A stretch of 64,000 bases of DNA from a virus (lineage: Duplodnaviria; Caudoviricetes): the IMG/VR virus record IMGVR_UViG_3300036770_007327, positions 1,653-65,652 of that record; one strand, given 5' to 3'. The notes beneath the pieces are model-generated. The model was not told the DNA's origin. It worked only from the letters and a program-made list of their open reading frames with translations, and did not search any database. Made by a program: the position numbers and the translations under genes. Of this stretch, positions 1 to 7,972 are shown piece after piece. Every line of letters begins with the position of its first letter. Positions within the stretch are counted from its first letter, which is position 1.

Positions 1-127
1 TATTGTTGATGTAGTTATTGCGTTTTTAACGTTTATAGGGTTTGTTGTTTGTTTCAGCATTGGAGCAATTATAGCTACTCTACTTGGATTGGTCTAAGGA
101 GATCGAATTCCTTACCATGGAGTGCGA

Positions 128-146
128 AAGGAACTCCAATATAATA
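128..146 (+). promoter_or_regulatory. AAGGAACT-N3-ATATAATA promoter-like motif, copy 1 of 3 (others at ~352 and ~533)
   Basis: Same motif and spacing occurs upstream of three consecutive short ORFs; contains TATAAT. Confidence 0.7.
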
Positions 147-181
147 TTGGAGTAAGTTAAATTAAACAAATACAAACAAAT

Positions 182-328
182 ATGGAAAAATTGTGTATTA
201 ATAATATTAAAATTGGGGATTGTGTTAATATTGTAGGAAAAGGTTTGGGAGAAATTGTTGGTATTGATTATAAGTTTAAGGAAATTTATGTTAACTTTAA
301 TAAAGTTTTTTATGTTTGTAAACTTTAA
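182..328 (+). CDS. 48-aa hypothetical protein (SH3/KOW-like pattern), not in ORF track
   Basis: Manual translation MEKLCINNIKIGDCVNIVGKGLGEIVGID...; follows the repeated motif. Confidence 0.55.
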   Translation: MEKLCINNIKIGDCVNIVGKGLGEIVGIDYKFKEIYVNFNKVFYVCKL

Positions 329-375
329 TTGTAATAGTTGGTAAAGCAAAAAAGGAACTCAGATATAATATTAGT

Positions 376-534
376 ATGCAAACACCACAAATTATTGTAA
401 TCGTTCTAACTGCAGTTAGTTTGGTTGTTAATCTGCTTAAAAATGGCGAATCTAAAAAGTATAACTTTGTTACTGCTTTGATTGATTCGGCTATTTTGAT
501 TGGATTGTTGATTTGGGGAGGATTTTTCGGTTAA
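376..534 (+). CDS. 52-aa two-TM small membrane protein, not in ORF track
   Basis: Manual translation MQTPQIIVIVLTAVSLVV...LIGLLIWGGFFG; follows the repeated motif. Confidence 0.6.
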   Translation: MQTPQIIVIVLTAVSLVVNLLKNGESKKYNFVTALIDSAILIGLLIWGGFFG

Positions 535-603
535 GGAACTGTGATATAATAATAGTGTAAGGTAAGTTAAACTAAACAAAACAAAATAGAAAGTAAATAT
601 AAT

Positions 604-897
604 ATGGCTACTCAATATCGTTTTAAGACTGTTATGGTGACTGATTCTGATCGTTCTAACTTCTCTGCTCTTCGTGATAGTTTTGGTGTGAAGGTTTCTG
701 ATAAAGAGCTCTTCTCTGCTATTTGGAATAGTATGGATGTTGAGAAGGTTAAGAAGGAGATTGTTGAGAAGAAGAAGACTGCTGAGAAGAATAAAGAGAA
801 GGAGAAGATTAAGAAGCTTGAGAAGCAGTTGAAAGAGAAGTTGGCGAAACTTCAGAATGGCTCTACGGAAGAGAAGAAGGAGAAGAATGTTGCCTGA
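604..897 (+). CDS. Hypothetical protein with Lys/Glu coiled-coil tail
   Basis: Open ORF bounded by the promoter motif and a terminator. Confidence 0.75.
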   Translation: MATQYRFKTVMVTDSDRSNFSALRDSFGVKVSDKELFSAIWNSMDVEKVKKEIVEKKKTAEKNKEKEKIKKLEKQLKEKLAKLQNGSTEEKKEKNVA

Positions 898-917
898 GTA
901 GAGCAGAGATAAATATG

Positions 918-950
918 AGAGGGGTGAGAGAAATCTCACCCCTCTTTCTA
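918..950 (+). terminator. Intrinsic terminator-like hairpin
   Basis: AGAGGGGTGAGA-GAAA-TCTCACCCCTCT perfect 12-bp stem with GNRA loop and short T run. Confidence 0.75.
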
Positions 951-962
951 TTATGAGATATA

Positions 963-1044
963 TCTCTAGAATTATAAGGTTCTCTAGAATGATAAGGGTT
1001 CTAGAGAGCAAGAGGGGTTCTAGAAAATATGGGGGTTCTAGAAG
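963..1044. repeat. Five TCTAGA-centred repeats at 17-19 bp period
   Basis: TCTAGA at 965, 983, 1000, 1019, 1037, mostly preceded by GG(G)T. Confidence 0.75.
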
Positions 1045-1236
1045 ACTTAAGCGTGCGAACACTTATAGATATTATGCCGGGGATTGGAAGTGGGAAACTG
1101 CATGCTCTACAAAATTTTTTTTTTCGCGGAAACCCCTCTATATAGCGAAAAAAAGCCCCTCCTGTACTCTCAATTTTTTTCGCTGAGACCCTCTGTATAC
1201 ACGGTAACCTCCCTTTGCCTTATCTAAATACTCTAT

Positions 1237-1932
1237 ATGACTTTTGATACATTGGTGAAGAGAGCTCTTATGGAGTCGCAAGGGGATAATAGCATAAGAA
1301 CACTCGATTCAGGCGCTAAATTTTGGGGAGAGATGGCTATAGCCCCTCAGACTCCGACGGAGATTTCTGTCGAACAATCCAAAGATTACGGTATATCCCC
1401 GTCCTACTATAAGAGAGTTGGGGAGGGTTCCGGGTCTGTTGTGTATTCCGACGGAGAAACTATAGTCAAACTAAGCAAAGCACGGCTCGGGGGAACATTT
1501 GTTAACGGAGCTATACGGGAGACACAATGGACCGATATGCTCGAAAGTAGAATAAGAGAGCATGAGAGATTAAAGAAGATAGAAGATATACCTCCGTATC
1601 TCATACCTCAAGAGGGGACGTTTCTACACTATTCTACTTATAAGAATTTAGATAAGAAGCCCGTAGAGGGCGCTGTCTATAATAAGGATCATAAGGGATT
1701 CGGCATCTTCGATGAATATAAGTTTTCAACAGCTGGCTCACGCATGCTAGATAATGGCATTATAGAGCAGCAGGTGGTTGACACTGGGCGCTATAAAATT
1801 AAGGAAAGAAATTTGCTTCATGGTATAGGCTCTCATATTAAAAAGCATGTTGGGTCTCTTGATAATCGCGGCATATCGGGTAATATATTTTTCGATACAG
1901 ATAATAGGATAGTTTATGTTATTGATAACTAA
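1237..1932 (+). CDS. Hypothetical virion protein, possible degenerate protein-kinase-like fold
   Basis: Propeptide-like N-terminus; VGEGSGSVVY...IVK and D...GNI...VID motifs. Confidence 0.5.
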   Translation: MTFDTLVKRALMESQGDNSIRTLDSGAKFWGEMAIAPQTPTEISVEQSKDYGISPSYYKRVGEGSGSVVYSDGETIVKLSKARLGGTFVNGAIRETQWTDMLESRIREHERLKKIEDIPPYLIPQEGTFLHYSTYKNLDKKPVEGAVYNKDHKGFGIFDEYKFSTAGSRMLDNGIIEQQVVDTGRYKIKERNLLHGIGSHIKKHVGSLDNRGISGNIFFDTDNRIVYVIDN

Positions 1933-1952
1933 AAGACTAAATAGATACGAAT

Positions 1953-2381
1953 ATGAGCAAATTTGATAAGATTTATAATAGTATTATTAATGAATATAGC
2001 ACAACACCTATGATGGGTGATGAGGGCGCAGAAGATTTTCGAGACAGAAAAGGCGACTATATGGACCTTTATTATAACTTAAAGGATTATCTCGATAAAC
2101 TCGGAAGGGATCTCGAGAAGGACTACCACTATTTTACCAGTACTGACGCTCCGGGTCATTCTGAAGCGGCTAATCTAGTTAATAGCATTATTGATACCAT
2201 TGATGGTTATAATGAACAAGCTCAAGGCGAAGGCACGAGAGAGGAATTTGTCGAATTAAAAGATAAGGTAGAGGGGTTCATGAGAGAACTCAGTGATGAA
2301 TATGAGAGCTTTGGACCTGTAGCTCAAAATGTTATTGATAGACTTATGGACGATCTCGATAGTGAATTAGAAACCTACTAA
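1953..2381 (+). CDS. Acidic hypothetical protein, putative internal head protein
   Basis: MSKFDKIYNSIINE N-terminus; TAAATA upstream. Confidence 0.7.
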   Translation: MSKFDKIYNSIINEYSTTPMMGDEGAEDFRDRKGDYMDLYYNLKDYLDKLGRDLEKDYHYFTSTDAPGHSEAANLVNSIIDTIDGYNEQAQGEGTREEFVELKDKVEGFMRELSDEYESFGPVAQNVIDRLMDDLDSELETY

Positions 2382-2394
2382 CCTAAATAACTAT

Positions 2395-2682
2395 ATGTTC
2401 CAGTTTCAATTTGATCTTTTGGTTGAGCAGCTATTAGAAGAAGCTTCTAAATGTACTGGGCCTACCAAAAAGGCTTCATCTACTTCTAAAAATAAGAAGT
2501 GGATGCAATGCGTTAAGAACCCCTCAGGTGGGGGATATAAGCGCGTCCATTGGGGTCAAAAAGGGGTAAAGGTTACTGGAGACTCTGGTAATACGAAGCG
2601 TAAGAAGTCCTTTAGAGCGCGACATAAATGTAGCTCTGCAAAGCCAGGGACTGCTAAGTATCAAGCTTGTAAAGATTGGTAA
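2395..2682 (+). CDS. Small basic Cys-containing protein of a type common in T4-like phages
   Basis: KSFRARHKC...ACKDW motif; TAAATA upstream. Confidence 0.75.
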   Translation: MFQFQFDLLVEQLLEEASKCTGPTKKASSTSKNKKWMQCVKNPSGGGYKRVHWGQKGVKVTGDSGNTKRKKSFRARHKCSSAKPGTAKYQACKDW

Positions 2683-2692
2683 TATATACATT

Positions 2693-2968
2693 ATGACACC
2701 GTTTAATAAATTAGTACAAAATATCATCACAGAAATGCTTGATGATGGTGAAGAGTATCAGGATATCGGTCCTGATGAAGATCCTGGATCTAAAGGGCAT
2801 AACTATATGCTTCAATTAAAGGCTGAAATAGAAGAGCTTCACGACAAAATAGGATACCCTACTTCTAACCTATCTGGCATGTCTGTTAAGCAGCTTGAGA
2901 GAATGGTTAAGATTGCCAGAGAAACCTTAGCTACTCAACGCCGATATGAAGATGAAAGACCTTATTAA
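2693..2968 (+). CDS. Hypothetical protein, putative internal head protein
   Basis: MTPFNKLVQNIITE N-terminus. Confidence 0.65.
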   Translation: MTPFNKLVQNIITEMLDDGEEYQDIGPDEDPGSKGHNYMLQLKAEIEELHDKIGYPTSNLSGMSVKQLERMVKIARETLATQRRYEDERPY

Positions 2969-3347
2969 AAATAGATATTTTTATATAGGGTTAATCATAT
3001 CTGCTTTTGCTGTATTAGGAGTCTCTACTATAACGTTTAACCTATTGGAAAAAGTAGAACCCTCCCTAGACACTTATGTTGATGGAGCATATATTTCTAA
3101 ATCAAAGAAATATGTTAAAGAGATACAGCAAGTATGCGAATCTACCCCAGATAAAGAGTATTTGTTAGTAGCCTTTATAGGATCGACTATGGAAATTATT
3201 ATTAGAGTCGATAGCTATAAAAATTGGAAAGATGAATATACAGATAAGTTAGAGAGATGTATAAAACTAACTCTTATGAGAGGCGGTCATAGCTTTGCTC
3301 TAATGCCTTTACAAGAACAAGATAAGGGATCTCTCGTTATAAAATGA
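2946..3347 (+). CDS. Membrane-anchored hypothetical protein
   Basis: N-terminal hydrophobic helix. Confidence 0.65.
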   Translation: MKMKDLIKNRYFYIGLIISAFAVLGVSTITFNLLEKVEPSLDTYVDGAYISKSKKYVKEIQQVCESTPDKEYLLVAFIGSTMEIIIRVDSYKNWKDEYTDKLERCIKLTLMRGGHSFALMPLQEQDKGSLVIK

Positions 3348-3538
3348 AAACGTTTTTAAATTTCTTTATTGAGAAATCTGTTCACGATCCAGTAAGGCCT
3401 GGTATATTAAAGCGGCAGATAAAGGGCAAGATAACATGCTCAAAAGCGCGGTCGTTAAAGGGAAAGCAGAAGAATAAAGGAAGCAATACCTCTAAGGCCG
3501 CTCAGCGCTTTTGTAATTATAGGGGTTGTAAATGTTAA
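3344..3538 (+). CDS. Small basic hypothetical protein
   Basis: MKTFLNFFIE N-terminus; Lys/Arg rich; coupled ATGA overlap. Confidence 0.65.
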   Translation: MKTFLNFFIEKSVHDPVRPGILKRQIKGKITCSKARSLKGKQKNKGSNTSKAAQRFCNYRGCKC

Positions 3539-4248
3539 TGATACATATTGTATATAAAACGACAAATATTTTAAATAACAAATATTATATCGGAGTGCAC
3601 AGTACTCATAATATTAATGATAATTATTTGGGGTGCGGGCATTGGCGTGGTAGAAAATTAAGAAAAAATTCTAATGTGCCTATATTAAATGCATTTAATA
3701 AATATGGGGATATCAATTTTAAAAGAGAGATTCTTTTTATTTTAGATACGAGAGAGGAAGCTCTATTAATGGAGGAACAGTTAATTAATATTGATGATCC
3801 AATGACATATAATGCTAGAACCGGGGGTAAGTCAGATTATATATTTACCGAGAGTGTAAAAAAGAGAATGTCGGAAAAGGCTATTAATAGATCTAAAAGC
3901 AATTTATTACAAATAAATATTTTAAAAGAGTATAGCAGACAAAGAAAAAATAAAACATATGTTCAAATTTATGGGGAGGAAAAAGCAAAAGAAATTTCCC
4001 TAAAAAAGTCAAAAGCATTAACAGGTAGAAAATTAACTGAGGATCATAAGAAAAAAATGAGCAATAACCGTAAAGGGAAGGACTGTGGTAGGTGCAGTGG
4101 GAGAGTTAATGTGTGGAATTCTTTAGAGGGCAGACTTATGAGACTTTATAAAGAAGATGTTAATACGGGGATAGAAAATGGTTCTATAAAAGAGCAATGC
4201 TACATAGTTAATAAATTTCAAAGAGCGCAATTTATAAAAACAAGATAA
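3532..4248 (+). CDS. Free-standing GIY-YIG homing endonuclease (Seg-like, NUMOD3 repeats)
   Basis: IVYKTTN...KYYIGVHST...YLGCG, YNARTGG, GRKLTEDHKKKMS. Confidence 0.9.
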   Translation: MLMIHIVYKTTNILNNKYYIGVHSTHNINDNYLGCGHWRGRKLRKNSNVPILNAFNKYGDINFKREILFILDTREEALLMEEQLINIDDPMTYNARTGGKSDYIFTESVKKRMSEKAINRSKSNLLQINILKEYSRQRKNKTYVQIYGEEKAKEISLKKSKALTGRKLTEDHKKKMSNNRKGKDCGRCSGRVNVWNSLEGRLMRLYKEDVNTGIENGSIKEQCYIVNKFQRAQFIKTR

Positions 4249-4259
4249 TATTTTTTTTA

Positions 4260-4517
4260 TCAGTTTGCGCTTTCTGAACTATCACTGTTAGCAGGCTTTA
4301 TCTTAACAAGACCTATTGTGAGCTTGATAAACTTTGCGAGCTTATCTATATGATGCTGCTTTGCTTTAATGGTCTGAAATCTCCTGAGAAGCGCTGAACA
4401 ATATATTATCAATTCTTGCTTTCTCTCTTTATCAGCAGATTTATAATCTTCTACTAATTTTATGAGCGGAGTGGCAAGAATGTATTTAATAAATTCGCGC
4501 TTATCATTTTCAGTCAT
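4260..4517 (-). CDS. Hypothetical protein
   Basis: Part of tightly packed minus-strand run. Confidence 0.6.
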   Translation of the reverse strand: MTENDKREFIKYILATPLIKLVEDYKSADKERKQELIIYCSALLRRFQTIKAKQHHIDKLAKFIKLTIGLVKIKPANSDSSESAN

Positions 4518-4523
4518 CTTAGT

Positions 4524-4976
4524 TTACGTACTCGCCATCGCCGCAGCATCTTTTGCAAACTTATTAGCTACTGATTCTACTCCTTTTGCTATTTTATCTC
4601 TTGCCCCAGCCATGCGCCTTGTAGCTGCGTTTAGACTCAAATATTTACCTTCTGGCATCCTGGAGACAAGTTCAAGAGCAGCGTTGATAGAATTAAATTT
4701 GAGATCTTCTGCCTCTTCATCATACTCTTCATCATCCGCTCTTGGATCATCGCCATACGGAACATCAGTATTAGGCTTGCCCTCTACATATTTACCTATA
4801 AGATCGGCAAGACTTTCTTTCTTCCCCTCTTCAGACTCCATCATATAGTTCTCTTCGCACTCATCGCAGCCTCTACAGTTACATCCGTGCGCGGCATGAG
4901 AGCAATGACCCTCTACCAATAGAGCGGCTTCAAGTAAATTTTCAAAATTTGCTTCTGTTCTAGTAAGTTTCCTCAT
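4524..4976 (-). CDS. Acidic hypothetical protein with Cys/His cluster
   Basis: HCSHAAHGCNCRGCDEC motif; FENLLEAALLVE propeptide-like segment. Confidence 0.7.
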   Translation of the reverse strand: MRKLTRTEANFENLLEAALLVEGHCSHAAHGCNCRGCDECEENYMMESEEGKKESLADLIGKYVEGKPNTDVPYGDDPRADDEEYDEEAEDLKFNSINAALELVSRMPEGKYLSLNAATRRMAGARDKIAKGVESVANKFAKDAAAMAST

Positions 4977-4984
4977 AATGTTAT

Positions 4985-5233
4985 TTATTTACCTTTCTTC
5001 CAACTGACCCTCTTTGCGCCTTTTTTCTTATACATTCTACCTTTTATGTTTTTACACTGCGCTCTCGTAGGTCTACAAGCAGGATAAGAGCCTTTTGATG
5101 TATCGGAACGCCCGCAAGGCCCTCCTGTTTTACAATTAATCCAGCCTTTGAAGCTTTTGCCCGTCTTAGGGTCTTTATGAGATTTAAACCAATCTCTCAA
5201 ATTTTCAAGAATATACTCTTGAAACGTTATCAT
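4985..5233 (-). CDS. Small basic Cys-rich conserved phage protein
   Basis: MITFQEYILE start; LRDWFK...GGPCGR...YPACRP. Confidence 0.75.
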   Translation of the reverse strand: MITFQEYILENLRDWFKSHKDPKTGKSFKGWINCKTGGPCGRSDTSKGSYPACRPTRAQCKNIKGRMYKKKGAKRVSWKKGK

Positions 5234-5526
5234 CCCATTTTACCCCCACGCTTAACGCATTTCTGAACATACCCTGACGCATATGCGGATGGCCAAACGT
5301 CATATTTTTGTTTTGCTTTCGCCTGGCATTTTGCTCTTGTTTTAGAGACTTTTTTCTTTTCCTCAAATAAGGCTCTTTGGACCAAATCTTGAAAGGTGTA
5401 TCCTTCGTTAGCTGTAGACGCGTATAATGCTTTTACATACTCCTTCGCTTTAGCAGCGCTCTTCGAGCATCCAACCTTTTTGCCGGTCTTCTTATAGACA
5501 CATTTACCTTTGCGTTCGTACGGCAT
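5230..5526 (-). CDS. Small basic protein (DUF5872-like C-terminus)
   Basis: AKQKYDVWPSAYASG motif. Confidence 0.7.
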   Translation of the reverse strand: MPYERKGKCVYKKTGKKVGCSKSAAKAKEYVKALYASTANEGYTFQDLVQRALFEEKKKVSKTRAKCQAKAKQKYDVWPSAYASGYVQKCVKRGGKMG

Positions 5527-5753
5527 TATTTTTCGCTAAGTTCGTGTTCTATTTTTTTAATCAGATTATTAACATTTATTTGTAGCTTCTTTGCTTTATC
5601 TACATTATCTGATAGTTTATTTTTATTGATTTTCATCTCAAAAAAACCAGACTTATTATATTCATTGCTTAGACTAATATTAAGTTCTGCGATTTCATTT
5701 TCGAGATCTACAAGCTTAGCGCATATTTTAGTTGTCATCTTGTTGGGCTTCAT
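5526..5753 (-). CDS. Hypothetical coiled-coil protein (start uncertain)
   Basis: Fills gap in minus-strand run. Confidence 0.5.
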   Translation of the reverse strand: MKPNKMTTKICAKLVDLENEIAELNISLSNEYNKSGFFEMKINKNKLSDNVDKAKKLQINVNNLIKKIEHELSEK

Positions 5754-6051
5754 ACTTATTTATACATAACTTGAGCCGATCTACCTCTTTTAGCAGAGTA
5801 TTATTGATTTTAACCAGCTCTTCTCTTTCTCTCAATAATCTATCTCTTTCGCCCTGAACATCTTCTAATAGTTTCATAGCTGTTTCAACAATAATTGACG
5901 CTTGGTCTATCTTATCGCTCACAACATCCTGCTCGAGTTTCTTTGTTTCAGCCTTATTCTTATTAAAATTACTTATATAATTTATAAGAGCAGTGAGCGC
6001 TGAAGAAGAAACTATAGCAACTAAGATGCTTACCATACTATTATTGTCCAT
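5728..6051 (-). CDS. Membrane protein with N-terminal TM and coiled coil
   Basis: SILVAIVSSSALTALINY then heptad pattern. Confidence 0.7.
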   Translation of the reverse strand: MDNNSMVSILVAIVSSSALTALINYISNFNKNKAETKKLEQDVVSDKIDQASIIVETAMKLLEDVQGERDRLLREREELVKINNTLLKEVDRLKLCINKYEAQQDDN

Positions 6052-6065
6052 CGATTAAATATTTA

Positions 6066-6093
6066 TTGATTTACCTAATTTTTACTATATATT
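6066..6093 (+). promoter_or_regulatory. Sigma70-like promoter TTGATT-N16-TATATT of queE
   Basis: Same architecture recurs before about ten genes. Confidence 0.7.
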
Positions 6094-6099
6094 CATTAT

Positions 6100-6927
6100 A
6101 TGGACCATCTCACAATTTCAGAAGATTTTTATACGATACAAGGCGAGGGCTTTTCTACCGGGGTACCTGCTTATTTCGTACGGCTAAAGGATTGTAATTT
6201 AACGTGCGGCGCGAGTTTACAGAAGGTAAAAGACGTTAAAGGGGCAGGAGAAGGCGAGACGGAGTCGGGAAGCTTTCAAGGAGACCTTCATTCAGCCGGC
6301 AATGCTACTTGGACTTGCGATACTATTCCGGTATGGATATTCGGCCATAAGAAGCCTTTTAGTTATCTTTTCGATAAATGGGATCAAAATAGACTACTAT
6401 CTGATATTGCGTCAGGGCTAATCCATGTTATATGGACGGGAGGTGAGCCTACTCTGCCCCGCAATCAAAAGTCTATTGTAAGTTTTGATGCTGCGTTTAA
6501 AGACTTCTGTAAGATGAATGATTTGTTTTTCAATCCATATTATGAGATTGAGACGAACGGTACTTGTGTAATTCAAGAGGATCTGCTTTTAAAACTTAAT
6601 CAAATTAACTGTAGTGCTAAATTAGCGAACTCTGGAATGACATTAGAGCAGCGTGTTGTCGCTGATGCTATCGAATCTATTAAATCGCATCCCTTTCATA
6701 CTTTTAAGTTTGTTATTTCTAACGAACAAGATTTGATTGAGGCGTTTGATACGTTTATTAATCCGTTTAAAATATCTCTACATAATGTGTGTATTATGCC
6801 GGGACTTGATGATCAAGATAATTTTCACGAAAGAACTCTCTTCTCTATGGAGATGGCGAAGAAGTATAAAGTGAGAGGTCTTACCAGGCTTCATGTGAGT
6901 GCCTGGAATAAGACTACTGGAGTTTAA
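6100..6927 (+). CDS. queE: 7-carboxy-7-deazaguanine synthase (radical SAM)
   Basis: FYTIQGEG...G.PAYFVRL..CNL.C...CDT, TGGEP, EIETNGT, RLHV..W. Confidence 0.92.
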   Translation: MDHLTISEDFYTIQGEGFSTGVPAYFVRLKDCNLTCGASLQKVKDVKGAGEGETESGSFQGDLHSAGNATWTCDTIPVWIFGHKKPFSYLFDKWDQNRLLSDIASGLIHVIWTGGEPTLPRNQKSIVSFDAAFKDFCKMNDLFFNPYYEIETNGTCVIQEDLLLKLNQINCSAKLANSGMTLEQRVVADAIESIKSHPFHTFKFVISNEQDLIEAFDTFINPFKISLHNVCIMPGLDDQDNFHERTLFSMEMAKKYKVRGLTRLHVSAWNKTTGV

Positions 6928-6928
6928 T

Positions 6929-7591
6929 ATGGCGTATTTAAATCATAACATACCGACCATTACGTGTCTTATTCGTAATGAATATCTTTTTAATTTTGAA
7001 AAAGGTTATAAAGAGTTTACAAAGGCAGATGTTCATAGTGTCGCTTCTATTCAAAAGAGAGTTCCGCTCTTCGAAGCGTTTCTTGAAAACGGAGTGAATT
7101 GGACTCGAAGACCTATACATGCTTTCTGCTGGAGAGAGGACGCAGAGATTCTACCTCTTAGCGAACATATGTATTGGGATTGCTTCTCATCTTATGTTGA
7201 TGTTCAAGTAAGGGAAAGAATGTCTGGTCTTCGAGCGGATTTAATTTCCCTTACCAGTCAGAAGCGTCAAGGCATTTATATGTTTACGCTCGACTGGTCT
7301 CATGAAAATAGAAATATGTTAGATACAAATTTCTCCGAGACCCCTGAACATAAATGCGGGCATCTGTTTAAAATGGATAATGGCAATTATTTTATATATC
7401 CTAATAATAGAATTATTTGGAATGATACTGCTTGGACATTCAATAAAATTGATAAAAATCCTGGATATAAAATCGATATGAATGTATATTCAGTGGAAAA
7501 TAAAAATAATTTTGAAACTGATTATAATTATTTTACAAATTTTAATAATGTCGATCAAAAAACAACAGGAAATAATTCATTCAATAAATAA
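6929..7591 (+). CDS. Conserved phage hypothetical protein
   Basis: ATG 1 nt after queE stop; WDCFS, Y.FT.DW, EHKC.H, YPNNRI motifs. Confidence 0.75.
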   Translation: MAYLNHNIPTITCLIRNEYLFNFEKGYKEFTKADVHSVASIQKRVPLFEAFLENGVNWTRRPIHAFCWREDAEILPLSEHMYWDCFSSYVDVQVRERMSGLRADLISLTSQKRQGIYMFTLDWSHENRNMLDTNFSETPEHKCGHLFKMDNGNYFIYPNNRIIWNDTAWTFNKIDKNPGYKIDMNVYSVENKNNFETDYNYFTNFNNVDQKTTGNNSFNK

Positions 7592-7958
7592 CAATACCAA
7601 AACAAGATTAAAGCCATCTACGGTATGTGATGGGGTGGGGGTATTTGCTTTAATTAATATTAAAGAAGGAGAAAATATTTTTCCAGATATTATTTCCGAT
7701 AGCAATCTTATTGAATGGGAATATATAGATAACAATGTAGTTAAAAAATATTTAAACTCTCTATGTAATACAGATAATAAAGGAATATATCTTTCAAGGC
7801 TGCCTAATGAGATTAACATCTCATATTATGTTAATCATTCTGATAACCCCAACGTTTTTCATAATTTAGACTTGGATCAATATTTCGCTCTCAAGGAAAT
7901 ATATGCGGGGGAAGAAATATTATGTTGTTATACAGAGCAGGAAAAAAAAGACTTTTAA
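7548..7958 (+). CDS. SET-domain lysine methyltransferase
   Basis: GVGVFA..I..GE, Y.NHS..PN, AL..I..GEEI...Y. Confidence 0.88.
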   Translation: MSIKKQQEIIHSINNNTKTRLKPSTVCDGVGVFALINIKEGENIFPDIISDSNLIEWEYIDNNVVKKYLNSLCNTDNKGIYLSRLPNEINISYYVNHSDNPNVFHNLDLDQYFALKEIYAGEEILCCYTEQEKKDF

Positions 7959-7966
7959 TATAAATA
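7959..7966 (+). promoter_or_regulatory. T4-type late promoter TATAAATA
   Basis: Exact T4 late consensus 6 nt before the DUF1501 ATG. Confidence 0.7.
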
Positions 7967-7972
7967 AGAAAA

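Noticed and set aside
963-1044. Possible CRISPR mini-array
   Set aside because: Conserved core is only 6-10 bp and the period is about 18 bp, too short for repeat-spacer units; no cas genes
406-1062. 218-aa Leu-rich minus-strand ORF, and 80-349
   Set aside because: Antisense of low-complexity plus-strand genes that have promoters and a terminator
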